A stretch of DNA of 20,000 nucleotides from an uncultured virus (IMG/VR IMGVR_UViG_3300020123_000428) (IMGVR_UViG_3300020123_000428); one strand, 5' to 3'; positions 7,898-15,041 are shown, counted from the stretch's first letter. Notes: generated from the letters alone by a model not told the origin. A program made the numbers and translations.

Positions 7898-8593
7898 TCA
7901 GTACACCATGCGACTCAGGAGGCCGGAGAGGTGGATCCACACCGCCGGCTCGTGAATGTGCGACAGCGACAGCATCATCTCGAGGAGGCGGGCGGTCGTT
8001 CGGGATTCCGGGACGACCTCGACGTAGAACATCTGACGGACACTGATTGGGACGGGGCGCGGCTGGGCGGCGACGAACTCCGCGACCGCGCACCAAGCCG
8101 ACACCTCATCGTGGCCAAGTTCGGCGAAGTCGCGCCGGCCATGCCGGCTGCTGGACATGTAGATCAAGTAGAGGCGCTGGGCGAGCGCGTGGGTCTCCGG
8201 GGAGACGTACGCCTCGTACCGCAGTCGCTTGGCGTCGTCGTCTTCTTCGACCGCGCCGCCGAACCCGCTCTCTCGCCTCGGCTGGACCAACTCCGCCAGC
8301 GGTCGCTCGCTCATGACCTTGAGGCCGACGACCAACCGGACGGTGACCGCGTTGGCCCACTCGGCGTAGGCTGGCAAGTCCTCCGGGAGGTTCGTGCGGG
8401 CATACCAGTTCGTGACGAGCGCGCTGGAATCGGAGGGAAGCACCCCTCCCGTCATCATGTTCGTCATGCGACCCACGCCGATGTTGCGGTTGCCGAACAA
8501 CCGGACGGGTCGTCCATCCAAGCAATCTCGTGGCGAGAACGCATCGTAGACGTTGAGGTTGACGCGATCGAGGTCGGAGTGAGGGAGGATCAT
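7898..8593 (-). CDS. Hypothetical protein (231 aa), possibly single jelly-roll capsid-like
   Basis: Clean ORF; N- and C-terminal beta-strand segments (VYD..RLFG..TNMMTGGVLP; PISVRQMFYVEV..VWIHLSG) flanking a helical insert. The fold call is inference. Confidence 0.6.
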   Translation of the reverse strand: MILPHSDLDRVNLNVYDAFSPRDCLDGRPVRLFGNRNIGVGRMTNMMTGGVLPSDSSALVTNWYARTNLPEDLPAYAEWANAVTVRLVVGLKVMSERPLAELVQPRRESGFGGAVEEDDDAKRLRYEAYVSPETHALAQRLYLIYMSSSRHGRRDFAELGHDEVSAWCAVAEFVAAQPRPVPISVRQMFYVEVVPESRTTARLLEMMLSLSHIHEPAVWIHLSGLLSRMVY

Positions 8594-8606
8594 CGTGCGT
8601 CCGATG

Positions 8607-9188
8607 TTACAACGCCGCCAGCAACACGTCGGCGGCGTCGTTGATGATCGCCACCCGCTCGGGCGATCCCCCCGTCCGGTCCGGGTGGTGCTTCTTGTTC
8701 AGCGCCCGCCGGCGGTCCTTGATCATCGCCTCGGTGAGCGGCTCGCTCTGGGCGAACCCCAGCACCTGGCGCGCGATCCGACGCTTCTCGATCTCCGGAT
8801 CGATCGGCGGCGGGGCCGGTGGGCGCTGTCCGCCCGCAGCTGCAGCGCCAGCGCCGGGCCACCACCGGGGGGTGCCGCTCTGCGCCCGCCGGTGGGCGCT
8901 CGCCTCCGACTCCCCGTCGAACACCTCGGGGCGGTACCCGCCGGCCATGCCGGTCCACTGCTCGGCCAAGTCCTGCACCGCGCCGATGGTCGCCTCGCGG
9001 TTGATGGCCTTGCCCTGGAGCAGATCGACCAGCGTGCTCGCCAGCACCTCGGAGGGTGGCCGGGGCCGCGCTGCGGTGGCGAGGGCGATGCGATGCGGTG
9101 AGCACAGCGCCGGCGACCCCTCGCCCGGGTATGGGCAGCGGCGTCCGCCCTCGGTGTAGGTGCAGCGCGGGTGCTTGATCTTGGGCAT
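8607..9188 (-). CDS. J-domain (DnaJ-type) protein with N-terminal CCCH finger
   Basis: C-terminal ARQVLG...IKDRRRALNKKHHPDRTGGS...INDAADVL with HPD. ATG 9188 is preceded by AGAAGG; the longer start runs through hairpin cluster C. Confidence 0.85.
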   Translation of the reverse strand: MPKIKHPRCTYTEGGRRCPYPGEGSPALCSPHRIALATAARPRPPSEVLASTLVDLLQGKAINREATIGAVQDLAEQWTGMAGGYRPEVFDGESEASAHRRAQSGTPRWWPGAGAAAAGGQRPPAPPPIDPEIEKRRIARQVLGFAQSEPLTEAMIKDRRRALNKKHHPDRTGGSPERVAIINDAADVLLAAL

Positions 9189-9196
9189 CCTTCTGC

Positions 9197-9434
9197 GTCT
9201 CAGCGTACCCTGAGCCGAACCGGAAGTCGCACGTCTCGGCGATTCGTCACGCACAGCAGTCTCGGGCTGTCTCGGATGCCGAGCCATTCCTAGCGGAGGC
9301 GATCCGATGGTCTCCCAGGGTACGGGGGAGCCGGTTCTAGCACGCGGACGTCTCGGAGCCGTTCAGGGTCTGGTCTCGGGCTTCCCCGAGCCGAGCCGTT
9401 CGACGCCGAGCACTGCGTCTCGGGAGTTCCGAGC
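9197..9434 (+). repeat. Hairpin cluster C
   Basis: GTCTCAG-CGTACC-CTGAGC (9197-9215), GTCTCGG-ATG-CCGAGC (9269-9284), GTCTCCC-N9-GGGAGC (9310-9331), GTCTCGGG-CTTC-CCCGAGC (9373-9391), GTCTCGG-GAGTT-CCGAGC (9417-9434); half-sites at 9233, 9259, 9350. Confidence 0.85.
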
Positions 9435-9437
9435 GCT

Positions 9438-9752
9438 TTACTTGCTGGGCGCGGCGGGCGCCGGCGGGAACTTCGTATCCGCTGCGGCGTCGATGGCGGC
9501 GTTGTTGGCCGCGAGCGCGGCCTTGAACGCGTCGAGCTGGCCCTGCATGGCGTCCGGGGTCAGGTCCCCGGTGACGCCCTTCTGGATCGTGTCGCCGACC
9601 GCGACGATCCCGTTCAGGAACGAGAGGATCGTGTCGGTCGTCGGGGTGCTGGCGAGCAGCCCCTTGGACGCGGTGACGATCGCATCGATCGCATGGAGCG
9701 CGGTCATCGCGCCGGTGAAGACGGACTGGGCCTTGTCGGTGGCGGCGGACAT
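9438..9752 (-). CDS. Hypothetical Ala-rich amphipathic helical protein (104 aa)
   Basis: 3' part of ORF 9438..10259 from MSAATDK; starts 2 nt after the upstream stop. Confidence 0.75.
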   Translation of the reverse strand: MSAATDKAQSVFTGAMTALHAIDAIVTASKGLLASTPTTDTILSFLNGIVAVGDTIQKGVTGDLTPDAMQGQLDAFKAALAANNAAIDAAADTKFPPAPAAPSK

Positions 9753-9754
9753 GG

Positions 9755-10159
9755 TCACTTGCTCCCGATCATCTGCTTGATGGTGGCGATCAGATCCTGG
9801 GACGCCGCGATCGCGGCGGTGAGGCTCGGATCGTCGGTCTGGGTGGCGGCGATCGCCAGGGTCTTGTAGGCCAGCGTGATGCCGGTGGCAATCTCCGCTT
9901 GCCTCGCGCGGTAGGCGGCGATGGCCTTGTCGTACTCCTCGCGCGTCGGGGCCGCATCGAGGATGGCCTGCTGGTGCTGCTTGTCCCACGGCAGGAATCC
10001 CTTCTCGGCGGCCTGCACCGCGAGCACGCTGGCATGGAGCGTGTCCTGCCGCTGGCTCTGGTTGCACGCCGACATGGTCGACGTGGTGAACAGCAGCATG
10101 CAGACGGTCGCGATGAAGTAGAGCGAGACGGCGGACGGGCGAACGCGGAGGATGGGCAC
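9755..10159 (-). CDS. Putative lipoprotein (134 aa, helical)
   Basis: GTG start with AAGGAG RBS; basic N-terminus, hydrophobic stretch, then MSA-C lipobox-like site. Confidence 0.7.
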   Translation of the reverse strand: MPILRVRPSAVSLYFIATVCMLLFTTSTMSACNQSQRQDTLHASVLAVQAAEKGFLPWDKQHQQAILDAAPTREEYDKAIAAYRARQAEIATGITLAYKTLAIAATQTDDPSLTAAIAASQDLIATIKQMIGSK

Positions 10160-10161
10160 GA

Positions 10162-10545
10162 TCAGGACTCCTTGACGGGGGTGGGCGGAGCGGAAGCGGT
10201 TGGGATGGGCGGCGGAGGCGGGGGCGCCTTGAAGACGGTGTGGTCCAGCGATGCGGCACCGCCGGTGGATACCGGGATCTGGACGATGTGAGGCGTGGCC
10301 GGCGGCGCCGGGGCCGGCAGCGTGACCGGCGCGGGCGTCGAGCTGGGGTCGCTGCTCTTGGACATGGTCTCCACCGAGCTCGTGACGGTCTTGGCCGCCG
10401 CGTAGGTGATGAAGATCCACTTCGTGTAGTCGAGCCACTGCGTTGGGGTGATGAACCCCATGCCGGTGAGCACGGTGACAGCGGCGATCAGCGCGATGGC
10501 AACGAGCCCGCGCTCGCTCTGCCAGAGATCCTTGAGTGCACCCAT
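10162..10545 (-). CDS. Holin-like membrane protein with Pro-rich tail (127 aa)
   Basis: MGALKDLWQSERGLVAIALIAAVTVLTGMGFITPTQWLDYTKWIFITYAAAKT: two short hydrophobic helices as in small phage holins. Confidence 0.6.
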   Translation of the reverse strand: MGALKDLWQSERGLVAIALIAAVTVLTGMGFITPTQWLDYTKWIFITYAAAKTVTSSVETMSKSSDPSSTPAPVTLPAPAPPATPHIVQIPVSTGGAASLDHTVFKAPPPPPPIPTASAPPTPVKES

Positions 10546-10609
10546 ATGGTGGAAGGCTTTCACGGGTGGCGTGGAGATGTCCAGCGCTAGTTGCGAGCGG
10601 CGGTCAGCG

Positions 10610-10926
10610 TCAGGGATCTCTTGCGCTGCCCAGATTCGGCTTGTACCAGAGGTCATGCAGGTGGCAGTCATTGAGGACGGTCCCGGTCGGCCACCAGTTG
10701 CGGCCTTCCTTGCGGTAGTACGCCTCATCGTCCGGGTGCGGTGATGGCGACAAGTCGAACGCCGGGAGGCCGCTGCTAGCGGCGCAACCATCCAGCATGA
10801 CGAGTATGCTGTGCACCAGTCCCGACATCCGATACCGGGGTGATGTCGATCGGACTCATGGATGCCTCGGTGGCCGAGAACCATGTTGCGCATCTCCTCG
10901 ACGGTATGCGCGCGCGGCTTGCTCAC
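10610..10926 (-). pseudogene. Frameshifted small phage gene (or sequencing indels)
   Basis: GTG 10926 overlaps the ParB stop and reads VSKPRAHTVEEMRNMVLGH; the coherent continuation RYRMSGLVHSILVMLDG...PHPDDEAYY is in another frame; span is 317 nt, not a multiple of 3. Confidence 0.55.
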
Positions 10927-12167
10927 TTGCGACGCCCCTTCTTCCCGCCGCCCTTCCGCTCGGGCTTGGCCGGCTTGGCCCTGGGCTTCCTCACCTCGCG
11001 CACCCCGTGCAGGTGCATCATGTAGGTGTGCCACGGCTTGGGCAGGTCGGCTGTGTCCATGAGACCCGCCGCGCACCGGATCCCCAGGAGCACGCCCTTC
11101 ACCAACTCGTGGGTCGGCGGCTTGCCTGCCGTGGTGGTGAGCAGATCCTCCACGACCGCGAACGGCATCGCCTTGCGCGGCGGCGTGGCGGGCATCTGGG
11201 TCTGGCTACCGACCGACGCCTTGCCCTTGGCCGGCTTGCTCTCGGCAGCCGCTTCCGACTTCGCTAGTTCGCGCTGCTCCTTGACGGCCGCGCGCGCGGC
11301 CGACTTGTCGCCGCTCTTGCGGGCCTCCACGGCCTCCGCCGCGATGGCCTTCTGCTTGCCAGCGTCCTTGACGGACGCCAGGTCCTTGAACTGCTCGTCC
11401 GTGATCTCACCATCACGCCAGCTGTGGAGGACCGCCTTGGTCGCGCTGGACCTGGCCGCCAGGATGCGCGACACCCACGACTCGCTCCGGCCGATGGCCG
11501 CCGCGATCTGCGCCAGCGTGTACGGCTTCCTGGTCGCCGGGTCCGTGCTCTCCCGCAGCCGCTCGGCGTTCTCGGAGAGCTCGAACGAGCTCAGGCCCGC
11601 CCGGGTCCCGACCACCTCGAGCGCGGTCATGAGGTACTGCGCGGCAAGTTCCTTCGTCCACTTGACCGGTACGGTCTCCTGATCCACCACCGGGACCAGC
11701 ACGTCCGGTCCCAGGCCGGCCATGCGGGCCGCCATGATCCGGCGCTGGCCGTCAGTCGCGAGGAGGACGACCTCCTTGCCGTCCTGGATCTGGACCACCC
11801 GGACGGGGTCCATGATGCCGGCATACATGTGGGAGTCGGTCGAAGCGGTCCTCGAGAGGATGCTCTTGGCCAGGGGCTCGAGGTCGGGCTGCGACAGCCC
11901 GGTCACGCTGCGGGGGTTCTTCCAGAACCTGTAGTCCAAGAGGATTTTTCCCAGCGGCACGTGACGGTCGGCGCCGGCGGACTCGGGCGCCGCCTCGACC
12001 ACGTCTGTCGCGTCATCCGCATCGTCGGGATGCTCGTCCCCGTCCGGGGGATCGGGGTGTTCGTCCTCCAGCTCGTTGCCATCGTCGGACTCGTCACCCT
12101 CGATGCCGGGAGTCACGTCGTCATCATGGGTCAAGGCGTCATCGTCGTCGAACGCAGGATCTTGCAT
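10923..12167 (-). CDS. ParB/Spo0J-family protein (ParB N-domain plus HTH)
   Basis: KNPR, GIMDPVRV, TDGQRRIMAA (GxxRxxA), HTH YTLAQIAAAIGRSESWVSRIL; AAGGAG RBS; acidic N-tail and basic C-tail. Confidence 0.85.
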   Translation of the reverse strand: MQDPAFDDDDALTHDDDVTPGIEGDESDDGNELEDEHPDPPDGDEHPDDADDATDVVEAAPESAGADRHVPLGKILLDYRFWKNPRSVTGLSQPDLEPLAKSILSRTASTDSHMYAGIMDPVRVVQIQDGKEVVLLATDGQRRIMAARMAGLGPDVLVPVVDQETVPVKWTKELAAQYLMTALEVVGTRAGLSSFELSENAERLRESTDPATRKPYTLAQIAAAIGRSESWVSRILAARSSATKAVLHSWRDGEITDEQFKDLASVKDAGKQKAIAAEAVEARKSGDKSAARAAVKEQRELAKSEAAAESKPAKGKASVGSQTQMPATPPRKAMPFAVVEDLLTTTAGKPPTHELVKGVLLGIRCAAGLMDTADLPKPWHTYMMHLHGVREVRKPRAKPAKPERKGGGKKGRRK

Positions 12168-12193
12168 CTCGGTCTCCTTGGGGTTGCTCGGCC

Positions 12194-12222
12194 ATCATGC
12201 ACACGTCGGTTGCCACTGGCAA
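12194..12222 (-). promoter_or_regulatory. Sigma70-type promoter of the parB-like gene with a palindrome over the -35
   Basis: Minus strand TTGCCA-N17-CATGAT; TTGCCA-C-TGGCAA palindrome at 12210-12222. Confidence 0.55.
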
Positions 12223-12239
12223 GCCGGCCTCGGGATCTC

Positions 12240-13340
12240 TCACTCGCCTCGGGCCAGGAGGTGGGCGATGGCGTCCAGCGACGCCCGGATGAACTCAGCG
12301 GCTACTTGCGGGACGAGCGAGTTCCCGTAGCCCCGCAGAAGTCCCACGCGATCGGGTAGCCCTGTAACCAGCGGCTCAAGCCCGGGTTCAATTGGCCGGG
12401 CGACGGGCGGACCGCCGCTGGGGTCTCGGCAGAGGATCCAGTCGGCGGGGTGCCAGAATCCGGCGGTGGATCCTGGAGGGACATCGCCGCTGCGGCATGC
12501 AAGGTAAGCTGGGCCCGGGTCGGACTTCCTCCGCCGTTGGCGTCCCCGGACACTGGCGTCGCCCAGTGGCTGGCTCTCGCCTGTCCCAGGAGCGTCAGGT
12601 TGCCGCGCTTGAACTTCCCTCCGGCCTTTTCGTCCGTTGCGAGCGGCGTGTTCCACGCGGTCAGCCGTGCTACCTCGTTCAGGGGTCGGGCGTTGTCCCC
12701 GTGCTTGTTGCTGGCTGACGACTTCCAGTCCCTCGCGGTCGCGGTCGGCCAGGAGGCCAGTTTCGCGGCGCCGGCCAGCTTGAGGGTCGGGGACTCGTGG
12801 TCCCCGCGCGCGTACGAGTAGTCCCCTCTCGAGACCGTCGGCGTAGGCCACGAAGAACAGGCGCTGTCGGATGTGCGGGGCGCCGACGCTCGCAGCGCAC
12901 AGATCCGCCGCCCCGACGGTGTAACCGCATCGTTCCAGGTCAGAGAAAACAAGGTCGAGCCACTCGAGGCCAAGTTGACTCGCAACCTGCTCTCCAAAGA
13001 TGATTGGAGGGCGGCACTCCTCGATGAGTGGGAGCCATGCTGGCCAAAGATGTCTAGGGTCGAGAAACCCGCGCCTCTGGCCCGCGTCCGAGAGTCCCTG
13101 GCAGGGGCACGAGCCGGTCCAGATGGGGGCGTCATCGGGGACCCCGGCGAGCCGGAGGGCGAGGGACCACCCGGCGATCCCGGCGAAGAAGTGCCGCTGT
13201 CCAGGCCCGGCAACGTCGGCTGCGGTGAGGTCGGCGATGGAGCGTCGGTCGACCCGTCCGGGCGCGATCTGCTCATGGGTGATGAGCCTCTCCAGCCAGT
13301 CGGCTGCGAACGGGTCGATCTCGTTGTAGAGAGCGGGCAC
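12240..13340 (-). CDS. DNA (cytosine-5) methyltransferase, main chain
   Basis: Motif I FFAGIAG, IV GSCPCQGLS, VI EQV, VIII PHIRQRLFFVA, X GYGNSLVPQVAAEFI. Confidence 0.9.
   Translation of the reverse strand: MPALYNEIDPFAADWLERLITHEQIAPGRVDRRSIADLTAADVAGPGQRHFFAGIAGWSLALRLAGVPDDAPIWTGSCPCQGLSDAGQRRGFLDPRHLWPAWLPLIEECRPPIIFGEQVASQLGLEWLDLVFSDLERCGYTVGAADLCAASVGAPHIRQRLFFVAYADGLERGLLVRARGPRVPDPQAGRRRETGLLADRDREGLEVVSQQQARGQRPTPERGSTADRVEHAARNGRKGRREVQARQPDAPGTGESQPLGDASVRGRQRRRKSDPGPAYLACRSGDVPPGSTAGFWHPADWILCRDPSGGPPVARPIEPGLEPLVTGLPDRVGLLRGYGNSLVPQVAAEFIRASLDAIAHLLARGE
12302..13135 (-). CDS. Nested alternative-frame ORF: putative second MTase chain (W-x-T repeats plus motif IX)
   Basis: Same strand, different frame; WPTP/WPTA/WNTP/WATP repeats and LNPGLSRWLQGYPIAW. 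Start uncertain (frame open to 13507). Confidence 0.65.
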   Translation of the reverse strand: MTPPSGPARAPARDSRTRARGAGFSTLDIFGQHGSHSSRSAALQSSLESRLRVNLASSGSTLFSLTWNDAVTPSGRRICALRASAPRTSDSACSSWPTPTVSRGDYSYARGDHESPTLKLAGAAKLASWPTATARDWKSSASNKHGDNARPLNEVARLTAWNTPLATDEKAGGKFKRGNLTLLGQARASHWATPVSGDANGGGSPTRAQLTLHAAAAMSLQDPPPDSGTPPTGSSAETPAAVRPSPGQLNPGLSRWLQGYPIAWDFCGATGTRSSRK

Positions 13341-13346
13341 GCCGGA

Positions 13347-13550
13347 TCATGCGCTGTTGCGGGCGAGCCTGGAATCGACGGTGCAGACCATGCCGCCGTT
13401 GAACCAGACCCAATTTGCGCGCTTGTCGACATACTGCTCGGCGTGTCGTCGTTGGTTGAAGCGCATCGCCTCGCCAATAGTCCCTCCGCGAGGAGACTTG
13501 GGGCCACGGAAGAACGACCCGTTGCGGAACTCGATCACGTAGCGATTCAC
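13347..13550 (-). CDS. Hypothetical protein (67 aa)
   Basis: GTG start with GGAGG RBS; VNRYVIEFRNGSFF... Confidence 0.65.
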   Translation of the reverse strand: MNRYVIEFRNGSFFRGPKSPRGGTIGEAMRFNQRRHAEQYVDKRANWVWFNGGMVCTVDSRLARNSA

Positions 13551-13711
13551 CGTGCACCTCCGTTGCGGATGCGTCCGCACCGCGTGTGCTCTCCATCCGC
13601 ATCGCCCGCGCTTGCGGTCCGCTCGACGGGTCGCATCTGCAGGTACAACTCCACGTGATACCAGATCAACGCGCCGCCACTGACCACGGCGATCACCCAC
13701 CCGAGAACCAA
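13547..13711 (-). CDS. Possible small membrane protein (~54 aa)
   Basis: Manual translation LVLGWVIAVVSGGALIWYHVELY...GGAR*; the stop overlaps the next GTG; TTG start is uncertain. Confidence 0.35.
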   Translation of the reverse strand: MVLGWVIAVVSGGALIWYHVELYLQMRPVERTASAGDADGEHTRCGRIRNGGAR

Positions 13712-13891
13712 TCATTGTCCATCGCTCCTTGCGAGCCGCTCGGCGTACGCGCGGCGCTCGGCTTCCAGCAGTGTGTTCTGTTCCGCGGGGTCCTGTTCGA
13801 CCGTCTGCGCGCGCCCCACCGCGATCTCGGACGGGGTCAACTCTTCGGGGAACCGTGCCCAGACGGTGCGCCACTGATCGGACTGTGACAT
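13712..13891 (-). CDS. Hypothetical protein (59 aa)
   Basis: MSQSDQWRTVWARFPEE..., GGAG RBS upstream. Confidence 0.6.
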   Translation of the reverse strand: MSQSDQWRTVWARFPEELTPSEIAVGRAQTVEQDPAEQNTLLEAERRAYAERLARSDGQ

Positions 13892-13971
13892 CTCGGAACT
13901 CCAGACTGGCAGCATGGCACAGACCTGTGCCCCAAGGCCACCGCGCCGATGATCAGCGCTCCCCCGATCTC

Positions 13972-14517
13972 CTACAGTGCGTACTCGCGGCTCAAGACCC
14001 GGCCGGCCCAGTGGATGGTGACCAGGGCGGAGTTCTGCGAGGTCTCCCCCTGGCACTGGCTGCACACCCCGCGGTGCTGGCGCACCTCCACGAACACCCG
14101 GCTCCCGCCCGCGAGGCCGTCCATCTCGTGCCAGGGGTGACGCTCGGCGTCCCGCATGGCGTCGCGGATGCGGTTGAGGCTCAGCCACTGGGTCCCCACG
14201 AGCTCGGGCCGGGGGGTGGTGGTCCAGGTAACCATCGCGTCCACGGTGCCGGCGGGAGCGTTCAGCGCGCACCGGGTGAGACCATCCTCCTTGGGATGGG
14301 GGACGGCGCGGAAGGTCAGCCGGCGATAGCGCTGGAGGTGGCTGAACGCCCGGAAGAGATGTGCGCGGGCCAGGTCCAGCAGCTCCGACTCGGGCAGGGT
14401 GCCCATGACCCAGGCTTGCCGCTGGTGCGGGTCGCCCGCGGTGCGGATGGCCTCGGTCTCCTGCCAAGCGATGAGGTTTGCGGTCTGTAGTCTCTCGGTG
14501 ATCGTGGTCGTCGTCAT
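13972..14517 (-). CDS. Hypothetical protein (181 aa, CxxC near the C-terminus)
   Basis: Clean ORF, GAGGA RBS, protein-like composition. Confidence 0.75.
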   Translation of the reverse strand: MTTTTITERLQTANLIAWQETEAIRTAGDPHQRQAWVMGTLPESELLDLARAHLFRAFSHLQRYRRLTFRAVPHPKEDGLTRCALNAPAGTVDAMVTWTTTPRPELVGTQWLSLNRIRDAMRDAERHPWHEMDGLAGGSRVFVEVRQHRGVCSQCQGETSQNSALVTIHWAGRVLSREYAL

Positions 14518-14520
14518 GCG

Positions 14521-14679
14521 TCACTTCCTCGCGAGTCGCTGACACCACTCGGTCAGCAGTTGCTTGCGTTGCTTCAGCTCGCATCCGGTGCAGGGCGCAC
14601 CGGTGCGGTGGGGGCATGGGGTCAAGGTGGCGGTGATGAGGGCAGCAGCGGTCCAGTCCGAAGCGTGGTCGTCCGTCAT
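14521..14679 (-). CDS. Small Cys-containing protein (52 aa)
   Basis: Manual translation MTDDHASDWT...CPHRTGAPCTGCELK...LARK*; ATGA overlap and GGAGG RBS; below the ORF-track cutoff. Confidence 0.55.
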   Translation of the reverse strand: MTDDHASDWTAAALITATLTPCPHRTGAPCTGCELKQRKQLLTEWCQRLARK

Positions 14680-15041
14680 TCGACGTCCTCCGTCAGACGT
14701 AACGCCTGCGAGATCGCGGCCAAGCGACCGACCGGCGCCGGGGCCACGAACATCATGATCTTGCCACGGACCGCCGCACGCCTGATCACGCAGTCGAGCC
14801 CCAGGAGGGGTGGAGCGTCGCCATCGCTGGCCAAGCTCGTGGCCGCCAGGATGTCGAACGCCTGCAGGAAACTCTCACGCTCGAGCACCACGTGCGCGGC
14901 GGTGATCCGGGCCCGGTACGCCTCCTGACGGGACCCCGGCGGCCGGGTGATCCGCTGGATCAGCGTCTGCTCGACCGGCGCGTGCGGATCCGGATCGTCG
15001 AAGTACAGCCGGCCATGAGACACGATCAGCTTGGAACTCAT
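14676..15041 (-). CDS. Hypothetical protein (121 aa)
   Basis: AAGGAG RBS, fits operon packing. Confidence 0.7.
   Translation of the reverse strand: MSSKLIVSHGRLYFDDPDPHAPVEQTLIQRITRPPGSRQEAYRARITAAHVVLERESFLQAFDILAATSLASDGDAPPLLGLDCVIRRAAVRGKIMMFVAPAPVGRLAAISQALRLTEDVE

Noticed and set aside
9197..9434. Hairpin clusters as CRISPR repeats or rho-independent terminators
   Set aside because: Units are short, irregularly spaced with variable loops, and lack U-tracts on either strand.
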